Source: an uncultured Anaerolineae bacterium (GTDB lineage: Bacteria > Chloroflexota > Anaerolineae > JAADDB01). From it: a DNA stretch of 64,000 nt. Positions 8,852 to 18,076 of the stretch are shown here, in pieces. Below the pieces are notes generated by a model. The model did not search any database and was not told the DNA's origin. It saw nothing but the letters and a program-made list of their open reading frames with translations. Within the stretch, counting starts at the first letter, position 1; each line of letters opens with the position of its first letter. The stretch spans positions 26,313-90,312 of the forward strand of contig CAZAQA010000012.1 of the NCBI GenBank assembly GCA_964487375.1, written 5' to 3'. Position numbers and translations under genes: made by a program.

Positions 8852-10823
8852 CCCCCAGGAGAGACAAAAGGATCCGCAGTGGCACGACTGGAATACCCCC
8901 CCCATGACCATGCGCAAAGTCGTGCTTCCTTTGGGAAGTCGTGAGGAAGCTGAAACGTTGTTCCCAGTCGCAGACGCGCTGCGTCGGGGATTACGAGCTC
9001 ATCTTATCGTCTTGCACGTGGTCTCAGTTCCTGAAGGCCATTCCCTCAGCGAGGCTACAGCAAAGGCCATGAGGGTCCGCCAAGAGCTGGACACGTTTTT
9101 GGAGGAACGCGGGTATGTCGGTACACGGGTACGCGCGATGGTGCGGGTAGCCCATGAGTTGTGGGATGGCATCTGGGAGGTTGTGGAACAGGAGCAGGCA
9201 GACGTCCTCATCCTGGGCTGGGAAGGCAACGGGCTGGTAGAGACAGCCATGGGAAGCCTGACCGACCCTCGCCTTGCCTATCCCCCTTGCAATCTCGTCT
9301 TGTTACGTCCCGGAAAAGAGTTGAAGCGTGGGACCGACTGGCAAGGAGTCAAGCACATTCTTCTGCCAATACGGGGTGGACGCCAGGCGGGCTGGCCATT
9401 GCGAGTGGCAGAAGCCCTTGGGGACAGCCTCAACGCGTCCATTACTTTGCTTCACGTCACAGGAGAAGGAGTCGCCGATGAAGAAGAACGAGAGTTCGCC
9501 GAGATTACTCCGGCCTTGCGAGCCTTACGCCACGTGACCCAGACGGTTATGGCCGTGGGAGCCATTCCCCAAATCATCTTAGAAGAGGCACAACGTCATC
9601 AGGTGCTTGTTATGGGCGCTCCCAGCCGCACAGAAGCCCAGAGCGATTGGATGGGCCCTATCCTGGAAACCGTAGCCCAACACACAAACGCGACCTTAAT
9701 CGTGGCTAAAGAGGCTTCTCCTAAGGCCCAAATGGCCCGGACCATTTGGGAGGAAACCTTAAAACACTTGTCCCAGGAACCAGAGCCTATCCAACCGCCC
9801 GAGACGCCCATTACGGTCATCGTCGACAAATGGTTTGCGGAGAACACGTTTCACAGCAAGGAATTTGAGGAACTGGAACGACTTCTGGAATTGAAAGAAG
9901 AGCAGGGAGTCACTATCAGCCTGGGATTGCCCGCCCTGAACGAGGAGGAGACCGTGGGCAATGTCATCCAGACCATCAAAGGGGCTCTCATGGAAAAGAT
10001 CCCCTTACTCGACGAGATTATCCTGGTGGACTCCGGATCGGTGGACTACACGCGCGAGATTGCAGCCGACTTGGGCATTCCGGTCTACATTCACCAGAAA
10101 GTCCTACCTCAATATGGCGCCTATCACGGCAAAGGAGAGGCCCTCTGGAAAAGCCTCTATCTCCTCAAGGGAGATATTCTCGCCTGGATCGACACGGACA
10201 TTAAGAATATCCACCCACGCTTTGTGTACGGCATCCTTGGCCCTCTTTTACGCAACCCCCGAATCAAGTACGTGAAAGGGTTTTACCGTCGTCCCTTACG
10301 TGAAGGGGGCAAATTGCTTGCAGGAGGGGGAGGACGGGTCACGGAGCTGACAGCGCGACCGTTGCTCAACCTGTTTTTCCCAGAGCTTTCTGGTCTTATC
10401 CAGCCTCTCTCGGGAGAGTATGCTGGCCGGCGTGAAGTCCTGGAAAGACTTCCCTTTTTCACCGGATATGGAGTCGAGACAGGGCTTTTGATCGACATAT
10501 TGGAAGCTTTTGGTCTAAGTGCCATTGCCCAAGTAGATCTGTTAGAACGTATCCACCACAATCAGCCGCTGCCCTCCCTCTCCAAAATGTCTTTTGCGAT
10601 TATCCAGGTGGTCATTCGTCGTCTAGAAGACCGCCATAAAATACACCTGATGGAGGACTTCAACCGAAGTATGAAGCTGATCCGTTACGAACCAGGCCAT
10701 TACTACCTGGAAACCGTTGAGATCCGGGAGCGGGAACGCCCTCCCATCATCACTCTGCCCGAGTATCGTCAGAAACGCGGCCTGAAAACCGACGACACCT
10801 TCGCCGGTCCCACCCGATTCTGA
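8832..10823 (+). CDS. gpgS: Glucosyl-3-phosphoglycerate synthase with two N-terminal universal stress protein (USP) domains
   Basis: C-terminal GT-A domain: LPALNEE, VDSGSVD, GKGEALWKSL, DTD, GGRVTELTARPLL, QPLSGEYA, GYGVETGLL, RIHHNQ. The N-terminal half has two USP-like modules (VVLPLG...ADVLILGW; ILLPIRG...QVLVMGA). Start chosen at ATG 8832 after GGAGGTGG. Confidence 0.85.
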   Translation: MTIPQDDPQERQKDPQWHDWNTPPMTMRKVVLPLGSREEAETLFPVADALRRGLRAHLIVLHVVSVPEGHSLSEATAKAMRVRQELDTFLEERGYVGTRVRAMVRVAHELWDGIWEVVEQEQADVLILGWEGNGLVETAMGSLTDPRLAYPPCNLVLLRPGKELKRGTDWQGVKHILLPIRGGRQAGWPLRVAEALGDSLNASITLLHVTGEGVADEEEREFAEITPALRALRHVTQTVMAVGAIPQIILEEAQRHQVLVMGAPSRTEAQSDWMGPILETVAQHTNATLIVAKEASPKAQMARTIWEETLKHLSQEPEPIQPPETPITVIVDKWFAENTFHSKEFEELERLLELKEEQGVTISLGLPALNEEETVGNVIQTIKGALMEKIPLLDEIILVDSGSVDYTREIAADLGIPVYIHQKVLPQYGAYHGKGEALWKSLYLLKGDILAWIDTDIKNIHPRFVYGILGPLLRNPRIKYVKGFYRRPLREGGKLLAGGGGRVTELTARPLLNLFFPELSGLIQPLSGEYAGRREVLERLPFFTGYGVETGLLIDILEAFGLSAIAQVDLLERIHHNQPLPSLSKMSFAIIQVVIRRLEDRHKIHLMEDFNRSMKLIRYEPGHYYLETVEIRERERPPIITLPEYRQKRGLKTDDTFAGPTRF

Positions 10824-10854
10824 AACAGTCAAGGAGGCACCTGAATCCGAAAAC

Positions 10855-11445
10855 ATGAACAAACCAACGAGACTCATCCTCGTCCGTCATGGCGAGACCG
10901 ATTGGAATGCAGAGGGACGTTATCAGGGTCAAGCCGATCCGCCCTTGAATCGACGAGGGCGAGAGCAGGCTCAGGCACTAGCTGCCGCCTTGCAACAAAA
11001 GGGGGTAGACGTTATTTACAGCAGCCCCTTGAAACGCGCCTGGCAGACTGCCGAAGTCGTGGCCCGAGCTGTCCGTGCGCCGCTCTTCCCGGAACCACGC
11101 CTGATGGAGATTCACCAGGGAGAATGGGAAGGAAAACGCGTGGGTGAGATTGCTCGCGAGTATCCCCAGACTTTCCATCAATGGGAGGAAGACCCATGGG
11201 CCACCCAGATCCCAGGTGGGGAAACACTGGCAGAGGTCCAACAGCGAGTCTATGCGGCTGCGGATGACATCCTGGCCCGGCATCCGGGGAAAACCGTCGT
11301 CCTGGTCACGCATCGCACGCCCATTGCCATGCTCAAAATCCGCTATCAGGGCCTCGATCCCACACAGGTTCGTAAAATCGAGCTCCCAAACACGTTTTGG
11401 GAAGAAATCCTGGTACCTACACCAAGCGACGAGGAAAACGAATGA
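10855..11445 (+). CDS. Histidine phosphatase, probable glucosyl-3-phosphoglycerate phosphatase
   Basis: RHGETDWN motif, YSSPLKRA, GEWEG and VTH. Directly downstream of gpgS. Confidence 0.8.
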   Translation: MNKPTRLILVRHGETDWNAEGRYQGQADPPLNRRGREQAQALAAALQQKGVDVIYSSPLKRAWQTAEVVARAVRAPLFPEPRLMEIHQGEWEGKRVGEIAREYPQTFHQWEEDPWATQIPGGETLAEVQQRVYAAADDILARHPGKTVVLVTHRTPIAMLKIRYQGLDPTQVRKIELPNTFWEEILVPTPSDEENE

Positions 11446-13238
11446 ACGCGACCATGCCCCCCCTTCACCCGACAGCGGAAAAGCGTATTCAGGATCTGCT
11501 GGCATTCCTCTACGGTTCCCAAATCGGAAAAGAAACCTGGCAGCAACTACGACCAAGACTGCTCACATTCCGCCAGCGTCACCCCTACTTGAGCGAAAAC
11601 GTACCTCCCCCAGAAGAACGATTGACAGAGCGCGAGGCACTCCTTGTCACCTACGCCGATCAGATCAGTACCAAAGGTCGTCCTCCCTTGCAAACGTTGG
11701 GCGACTTTCTCGAGGAAAGACTGAAAGGCACATTTAGCGGTGTCCACTTGCTTCCTTTCTTCCCGTACTCTTCTGACGATGGATTTTCCATTATTGATTA
11801 CCGAGAAGTCTATCCGCCGTTTGGTACATGGGCCCACGTGGAGCGCATCGGCCGCAGTTTCCGACTCATGTTTGATGCAGTGATCAACCATATCTCACGA
11901 GAGAGCGCCTGGTTTCAGGCTTTCCTCCGGGGTGAAGAGCCTTATCGAGATTATTTCATCGTGGTCGACCCAAAGACAGACCTATCTCAAGTTGTCCGCC
12001 CACGGGCCACCCCACTACTCACACCGGTAGAAACATCTGAGGGAACGAAGTACGTGTGGACGACCTTCAGTGCGGACCAAATCGACTTGAACTACCACAA
12101 TCCACGTGTGCTCCTCGATATACTCGACGTCCTCTTGTTCTATGTGGAAAAAGGGGCCACTGTCATCCGGCTGGACGCCATCGCTTACGTGTGGAAGGAA
12201 CTCGGCACTTCGTGCATCCACTTGCCACAAACGCATGCTCTGGTGAAGCTATTCCGGGCAGTTTTCGACGCGGTTGCCCCTGGAGTCCTCCTCATTACGG
12301 AAACAAATGTCCCCCACAAAGAAAACATAAGCTACTTCGGCAATGGATACGACGAAGCCCAACTGGTCTACAATTTCGCACTTCCGCCGCTGGTCTTACA
12401 CACGTTCCGCACGGGAAATGCCCGCCGTCTGAGTGAGTGGGCCGCCACATTGTCCACGCCTTCGGAGACCACGACCTTTTTCAACTTCATCGCCTCTCAC
12501 GACGGCATTGGTGTCCTGCCAGCAAAAGGCATCCTTACAGAAAAAGACATTCAGGCGCTGGTAGAGATGACGCTCGCTCATGGGGGACAAGTGTCCTACC
12601 GGGCTCTCCCTGACGGCAGCAAAAGCGTATATGAACTAAACATTGTCTTGTATGACGCCCTTAATGATCCGGCGCACCCGAATCTCGAGTTGGACGTACG
12701 GCGATTCTTGGCTTCTCAAGTCATCATGCTCTCCCTGGTGGGCGTTCCAGGAGTATATGTACACAGTGTCTTGGGCTCACGCAATTGCCATCACTGTGTC
12801 GCAGCACGCGGGTATCCGCGCGCCATTAATCGAGAGAAGTTTCGCCTTGAAGACCTGCGCCACCTTCTCGACGACCCCGGCCAGCCTCCATATCACGTCT
12901 TCCGAGGCTACCGCCGTTTGTTAGAATTGCGCAGGGAACAACCTGCCTTTCATCCTAACGCCTCCCAACACATCCTGCTGGTAGACGAGCATCTATTCGT
13001 GCTGGTTCGTGTGCCCAAGGACGAAAGGCGCCTGCTTATCGCCATCGTGAATGTGACAGGAGGAAGCAAAAAGGTGGAGCTCGATCTGAAGGCCCATCAT
13101 GTGCCTTTGTTTGACAGATGGGACGATATCATCGAGGGCAAGAGGTACAGGCTCACAAAAGGCGTGCTCCAGCTCGTCCTCGAGCCTTATCAGTTTATGT
13201 GGTTGACACCGGCAAAGGAAGCCCGCGGGGGCCCATAG
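11442..13238 (+). CDS. GH13_18 sugar phosphorylase, probable glucosylglycerate phosphorylase (YcjM-like)
   Basis: VHLLPFFPYSSDDGF, DAVINH, WTTFSADQIDLNY, nucleophile RLDA, acid/base TETN, ASHDGIG and loop-A YELN. Start at the ATGA overlap at 11442. Confidence 0.85.
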   Translation: MNATMPPLHPTAEKRIQDLLAFLYGSQIGKETWQQLRPRLLTFRQRHPYLSENVPPPEERLTEREALLVTYADQISTKGRPPLQTLGDFLEERLKGTFSGVHLLPFFPYSSDDGFSIIDYREVYPPFGTWAHVERIGRSFRLMFDAVINHISRESAWFQAFLRGEEPYRDYFIVVDPKTDLSQVVRPRATPLLTPVETSEGTKYVWTTFSADQIDLNYHNPRVLLDILDVLLFYVEKGATVIRLDAIAYVWKELGTSCIHLPQTHALVKLFRAVFDAVAPGVLLITETNVPHKENISYFGNGYDEAQLVYNFALPPLVLHTFRTGNARRLSEWAATLSTPSETTTFFNFIASHDGIGVLPAKGILTEKDIQALVEMTLAHGGQVSYRALPDGSKSVYELNIVLYDALNDPAHPNLELDVRRFLASQVIMLSLVGVPGVYVHSVLGSRNCHHCVAARGYPRAINREKFRLEDLRHLLDDPGQPPYHVFRGYRRLLELRREQPAFHPNASQHILLVDEHLFVLVRVPKDERRLLIAIVNVTGGSKKVELDLKAHHVPLFDRWDDIIEGKRYRLTKGVLQLVLEPYQFMWLTPAKEARGGP

Positions 13239-13322
13239 ACATCCACGACAATCACCCTCCCCGTGCTGCTTCGAAATGCCCGACTTGCTCTAAGAGGCGT
13301 TCTCGACTCGCGGAGGTTAAGG

Positions 13323-14996
13323 TCACCAGCCGATTGCACAGCCATCCTTGCGAGGGTCACTTCCGCCGATGAGCACCTCTGTCTGGGGGTGGCGCAGGAT
13401 GATTTGACCACCGCCGAACATAGCGCGTTGGCGACCGGTCACGGGCGCGAGGTGATGCCCTCGCCGTGCCAGTTCAGCTAGAACGGGGAAACTCCATCCT
13501 TCCTCCACATAAACTAGACCACCCGGCTCTTCAGCGCCGGGAGCGCCTCTCTGGACGGCAACCATCCAACGCGGAACATCCAAGGCCATCTGTGGACTCA
13601 TTTGCAAGTCGACCATGTTTACGAGGACCTGCACGTGCCCTTGAGGCTGCATGTATCCGCCCATCACACCGAACGAGGCGTGAAGTTGGTCCGCCCGAAT
13701 GGTCATGGCCGGGATAATGGTGTGGTAGGGCCGCTTCCCCGGTGCCAATTCGTTGGGATGGCCTGGGTCCAGGGAGAAAAGTGCACCGCGATTCTGTAGA
13801 GCAACGCCCGTTCCCGGCACAACCAGTCCTGTCCCCGTTCCCATGTAAAGGCTGTTGATAAACGAGCACGCGTTCCCGCTGCCATCTACAACCGTCAGGT
13901 ACACGGTATCCCCTTCTTGCGAGGAAAGTCCCGGCGTCACATGAGAGGCCGCTCGGTTTGGGCGGATCAGAGACCGACGGTCGTCAGCATAGCGCTCGCT
14001 CAGAAGACGCCTCAAGGGTAGATTGACATGTGCAGGGTCGGCCACCCAGCGCTGAGCATCTGCAAAAGCCAGACGCATTGCTTCAATGAGTACATGGGTG
14101 CGGTCAGCCTGAGCCATAGAGGCCAAGTCAAATCCACGGAGAATGTTTAATGCCAGAATGGCCGCCAATCCTTGCCCGTTAGGACCGCATTCATACAGCG
14201 TGACATCTCTGTAGTGAGCTGCGATGGGATCTTCCCAGGTACTTTTATGGGCCGCCATATCGTTCGGCGTTATCCAGCCCCCATACCGCTGCACGTGTTC
14301 GCTGAGTTGGCGGGCAAACTCGCCACGATAAACGTAAGACGCACCTTCCTCAGCAATGTGCCGGAGAGTGCAGGCCAGAGTGGGAAGGCAAATCCGTTCA
14401 CCCGGTCGAGGCGCGCGCCCGTCAAGTAACAACTCTTGGCCGCTGGGTTGCTCCGGGCCATTGTCCAAATCACCACTTTGCCAATCAGGGGTTCGGAGCA
14501 ATTTTTTCACCTGGGTCGCCCAGCCGGCAGCAATCAATTCTGTAACCGGGTACCCTTCCTCTGCCGTGCGGATGGCTGGCTGTAGTACATCGGCCAGGGA
14601 CATGGAGCCAAAACGGTCGACAAGATCGCTCCATGCAGCTACGGCGCCAGGCACGGTCACCGTATGTCCGGTGTACGTAGGCATGTGGGTGTAGCCCAAA
14701 GCACGCAGCGTGTCCACGGAAGCGGCCATTGGAGCTCTTCCCGAACCATTCAAAGCATAAACTCGGCCGCTACGGGCCTCATAGTAGAGGGCAAACGCGT
14801 CTCCCCCAATGCCCGTAGAAATGGGCTCAACGACATTGAGCATGGCTGCGGTGGCAATAGCGGCATCCGCGGCCGTCCCCCCTTGCCGCAGGATGTCCAG
14901 GCCCGCCTGAGCGGCCAGAGGCTGGCTTGTTGCTACCATCCCGTGCAAGGCCATGACATTGCTACGCCGTGATTGAAAGACGCTGGAAATTCGCAT
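13323..14996 (-). CDS. ggt: Gamma-glutamyltransferase family protein (cytoplasmic type)
   Basis: GMVATSQPLAAQAG, GIGGDAF, autoprocessing GDT, SFINSLY, PGKRPYHTI, GVMGG and DPRKDG. True start at 14996 (SD GAGGTG), not the ORF-track start at 15134. No signal peptide. Confidence 0.9.
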   Translation of the reverse strand: MRISSVFQSRRSNVMALHGMVATSQPLAAQAGLDILRQGGTAADAAIATAAMLNVVEPISTGIGGDAFALYYEARSGRVYALNGSGRAPMAASVDTLRALGYTHMPTYTGHTVTVPGAVAAWSDLVDRFGSMSLADVLQPAIRTAEEGYPVTELIAAGWATQVKKLLRTPDWQSGDLDNGPEQPSGQELLLDGRAPRPGERICLPTLACTLRHIAEEGASYVYRGEFARQLSEHVQRYGGWITPNDMAAHKSTWEDPIAAHYRDVTLYECGPNGQGLAAILALNILRGFDLASMAQADRTHVLIEAMRLAFADAQRWVADPAHVNLPLRRLLSERYADDRRSLIRPNRAASHVTPGLSSQEGDTVYLTVVDGSGNACSFINSLYMGTGTGLVVPGTGVALQNRGALFSLDPGHPNELAPGKRPYHTIIPAMTIRADQLHASFGVMGGYMQPQGHVQVLVNMVDLQMSPQMALDVPRWMVAVQRGAPGAEEPGGLVYVEEGWSFPVLAELARRGHHLAPVTGRQRAMFGGGQIILRHPQTEVLIGGSDPRKDGCAIGW

Positions 14997-14998
14997 GG

Positions 14999-17311
14999 CT
15001 ATTTCACCTCGATGGCGACATTCAAAGTCGGCGCCCCTTTTTGACTGAACCAGGCAATTCGCTCCCGTACCAGGTCGAATTGTAAGATGTCGTGTCCCGG
15101 GGTGGCAGGAGTATACACAAGAATCGGCAGGCATCGCTTCTGGCGCGGATAGACAATTGTTTGGAAAGAAGCCCGTTGGCCATCAAGGACCATCATATGA
15201 CCTTGAGCATCTAGCCAGTGATAACTAAGCTTGGTCGGATGCCAGTCCGTGGAACGCCAGCCTTGAGATCCCATATTTTGCATGCAGACATGCACCTGAT
15301 AAACCTCGCCCGCGGCCATCGCTGAAGGCCCCCGGTATCCTAACCAGCGTACTCGGTAAAAAGCTTCATCGTAGGCCGTCCGCAAGCGACGAATCCGCTC
15401 GGCGTCATGGGGATAACCGCGTGCGAGCAAGAGGACGCCGTCTTTCCAGGCTTTCAGTCCGAACTGCGGTTTATTGATGATATCATCCACGGTCTCGTAG
15501 AACGCATAGAAGCCCAGCGGGGCGCGTTCGGCCGAAAAATCAAGGTCCAATAAGATCTCATCCGCCGTATGGTCCCCTGAAGGGAAGAGATACAAATATC
15601 GTCGATGAGCGAGATGAGGCAAGAGATTGCTTTGCCCACTGAGGCGGGCGTCGGGGTCCACCTGAGCGATAATATCGCGAATTGCCGCCTGGTGGGGGCT
15701 CCAGGACCAAAACGCGTCCAGGTGAAAGTCGCGGCCGGTCGGGAAAGGGCTCAAGTAGAAGTTCACGAGCATTGTGCTTAGCAGGACATACAAGGAGAGG
15801 CCCGTAGACCAAAGGTGCCGATCGGGAGGAAAAAGGTGGCTGAAAACACCATGCAACCAACGAATTCCATAAGCGGTGGCAATAAAGAGAAACGGTATTA
15901 CCGGTGCAAAGTAATGAGCTTTTATCGTGCCTTGCCAGGCCGATTGGGCCATCAAATTCAGGAACGTGACCGGAGCAGCAGGGAGGAGCCAAGCCAGGGA
16001 GAACAGGGGCACCCACCCCAAGGGGGCCAACAAATCAAACGCTGTTTGCAGCTTTTCGCGCTGAAAGAAAAGGACGAGGAGATCTCGAGGGTGAGTCAGC
16101 ACGCCGATGATAATCTGGACCGGTCCCGCGCCGTAACGACCGAATCGCTGACTGAGCAGATGAATCGGGTCCGGACCGTAACGTACCTGTGCCCAGGGAA
16201 CGACCACTCGGAAATCGAACCAGAACCAGGCAACGGCCAACAAAAGGGATAAAAAACCCACACGCCAACGACGTGTCCAAAACAGGTAGAACGCCAACCC
16301 CAGAGCCACGAAAGCGGCATCGATACGGCAGAGGAACGCACCGAGAAGCCAGAGAAAATAAGGGTGCCAGCGACGTTGAAGCAGATAATAAGCGGAGAAG
16401 GTGAGGAAGAAAGGCATTAACGCCGATGGATGGAAGTCCGCCATCTCCACATAATGCAGGGGGAGGTAAAGCAGGTAAGTCGCTGTAAGAAACAAAGCTG
16501 ACGTGTGTGACCGCAATGTGTGACGAATAATGTGGTACAGCGGCCAGGCGGCAAGCCCTAAGGCGAGCGTCTGCAAGGAGATAAGCAGTAGAGGGGAGGG
16601 AAAAAGGCGATAAAGGGGGGCAATAAGGAGGAAAATGAGTTCTAACTTGCCCGACGCCAAACGATTGGAAAGGGGAGGAGCGGCTACATACGTCTCGAAC
16701 AGCGGAGTATACTCCAAAATCCGTCCGTGGGCGGTATTCCAACTTGTCTGGGCCATAGTCGCCATGTCCAGAGCGTGGCTATTAAAGCTCAAGTGCCTGG
16801 CAAACGTCAGGCCCCCAAAGACAAGGACGAAGCCAATGATGAGCGTCCAGAGAGAGCGAGGATGGTGACGATAAAGATGTCCAAAGGGAGGGAAAAAGGG
16901 CGTGAGTAAAACTGTATAAGTGATGGCAATTGGTGGAATAAGCAGATAAGTCCACAAAGAACTTCCTGGTGTGGTCCCCATGGGTTGCCAGATATAACGT
17001 ACCAGGATCAGCGGGGTTAGCATCAGCAGTAAGAAAGGAGCCGTTTGTTGGTAAAGTGCCCGCCAAGGGAAAGCGCCCCGCCGCACCCGCATCCACAGGC
17101 TAACCGCCCAAAGGATGAATGTGGGAGGAATCACAGCAGCGGTGTAGACCAAAAGACGCATGCGAAAATAGCGATACACGTACACGCCATGCAGCCAACG
17201 CCAGCTCCACTTTGGGTAATCTCGATCCCACAACGTCACACTCAAGGCGAAGCTGCCAAGCAGGACCACAAGCATTGCTGTAGGGATAGATAAGCGTTCT
17301 CGTCGTGTCAT
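14999..17311 (-). CDS. DUF2079-like polytopic membrane protein (GT-C-like) with C-terminal Ig-like domain
   Basis: Many TM segments; HALDMATMAQTSWNT, DFHP, YTHYFAP-like and LPHLAHR segments; soluble C-terminus VCMQNMGSQGW...LSYHW...QFDLVRE..WFS. Confidence 0.65.
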   Translation of the reverse strand: MTRRERLSIPTAMLVVLLGSFALSVTLWDRDYPKWSWRWLHGVYVYRYFRMRLLVYTAAVIPPTFILWAVSLWMRVRRGAFPWRALYQQTAPFLLLMLTPLILVRYIWQPMGTTPGSSLWTYLLIPPIAITYTVLLTPFFPPFGHLYRHHPRSLWTLIIGFVLVFGGLTFARHLSFNSHALDMATMAQTSWNTAHGRILEYTPLFETYVAAPPLSNRLASGKLELIFLLIAPLYRLFPSPLLLISLQTLALGLAAWPLYHIIRHTLRSHTSALFLTATYLLYLPLHYVEMADFHPSALMPFFLTFSAYYLLQRRWHPYFLWLLGAFLCRIDAAFVALGLAFYLFWTRRWRVGFLSLLLAVAWFWFDFRVVVPWAQVRYGPDPIHLLSQRFGRYGAGPVQIIIGVLTHPRDLLVLFFQREKLQTAFDLLAPLGWVPLFSLAWLLPAAPVTFLNLMAQSAWQGTIKAHYFAPVIPFLFIATAYGIRWLHGVFSHLFPPDRHLWSTGLSLYVLLSTMLVNFYLSPFPTGRDFHLDAFWSWSPHQAAIRDIIAQVDPDARLSGQSNLLPHLAHRRYLYLFPSGDHTADEILLDLDFSAERAPLGFYAFYETVDDIINKPQFGLKAWKDGVLLLARGYPHDAERIRRLRTAYDEAFYRVRWLGYRGPSAMAAGEVYQVHVCMQNMGSQGWRSTDWHPTKLSYHWLDAQGHMMVLDGQRASFQTIVYPRQKRCLPILVYTPATPGHDILQFDLVRERIAWFSQKGAPTLNVAIEVK

Positions 17312-17539
17312 ATCCCCTCAGTTCAAGTCCCCCGGTCCAGGAGATTTTGTGTCTGTAGCCGGAATGATAGCGCCCATTATAACATAAGGTCCCGATCCTT
17401 CCCCAAGGACTCGCGTCCTTCTCAGTGCTGCCATTTCCACCAGATTCTCAGGCATACGTTCGTGGCCGGACGCCCAATGCTGTCCTGGAAGAGCAGGCAA
17501 TGCTTCCAGTCCGTGAGCCTACTTGCTATGGCGTTGAAT

Positions 17540-17568
17540 TTGACAAAGAGCGTAAGCGTAGCTAATAT
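17540..17568 (+). promoter_or_regulatory. Sigma70-type promoter for marR-ABC operon
   Basis: TTGACA-17 bp-TAATAT, 32 nt before the marR ATG. Confidence 0.6.
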
Positions 17569-17600
17569 TCAAGCTCAGTTACATATGGAGAAGAGGGACC

Positions 17601-18062
17601 ATGAGTCTTATTGGAGAACCATCGCTGTCATTCTCAGAAGTAATTCGGCGTGATTTTGGCCGATTACTTCATCTGTCCATGCGCAGCAGCTGGCAGTATC
17701 TCAAAAAACAAGGGATTTCCATGCCCCAAATGTTCGCGCTTCTTTACGTTCACTATCACGGAGAGGCGAACATCTCCGACATCGCTCGCGAGTTGGGCGT
17801 CAGTCCGGCATCGGCCAGCCAATTGCTCGACCGCCTCGTGCGGCAAGGGGTTATCGTACGTCAGGCCGCCCCACACGACCGACGGCGCAAGCGTATCGTC
17901 TTAACGCAGGAAGGGCGGGAGATTGTCCGAGGACATGTTCGCGCTCATCAAGCATGGATAGAAGCGCTCGCCAATCGGCTGAATCCTGAAGAGCAGCAAC
18001 TCGTCATCCGGGCATTGAGCCTACTGGCCCACCATGCGGAAGATATCGTAGAGACCCTTTAA
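17601..18062 (+). CDS. MarR-family transcriptional regulator
   Basis: GISMPQMFALL, ISDIARELGVSPASASQLLDRLVRQG and DRRRKRIVLTQEG. Confidence 0.9.
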   Translation: MSLIGEPSLSFSEVIRRDFGRLLHLSMRSSWQYLKKQGISMPQMFALLYVHYHGEANISDIARELGVSPASASQLLDRLVRQGVIVRQAAPHDRRRKRIVLTQEGREIVRGHVRAHQAWIEALANRLNPEEQQLVIRALSLLAHHAEDIVETL

Positions 18063-18076
18063 GGAGAAATTGTCCC

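Noticed and set aside
14997-15134. ORF-track N-terminal extensions (GGT here; likewise tlyA, scpB, aspS, CoA-transferase, gpgS, GT39)
   Set aside because: They overlap neighbouring genes or lack an SD. Downstream starts with a clear SD or ATGA coupling fit the family N-termini better.
17318-17345. GTTCAAGTCCC resembling a tRNA T-loop
   Set aside because: The flanks do not form a T-stem, and there is no acceptor or anticodon arm.
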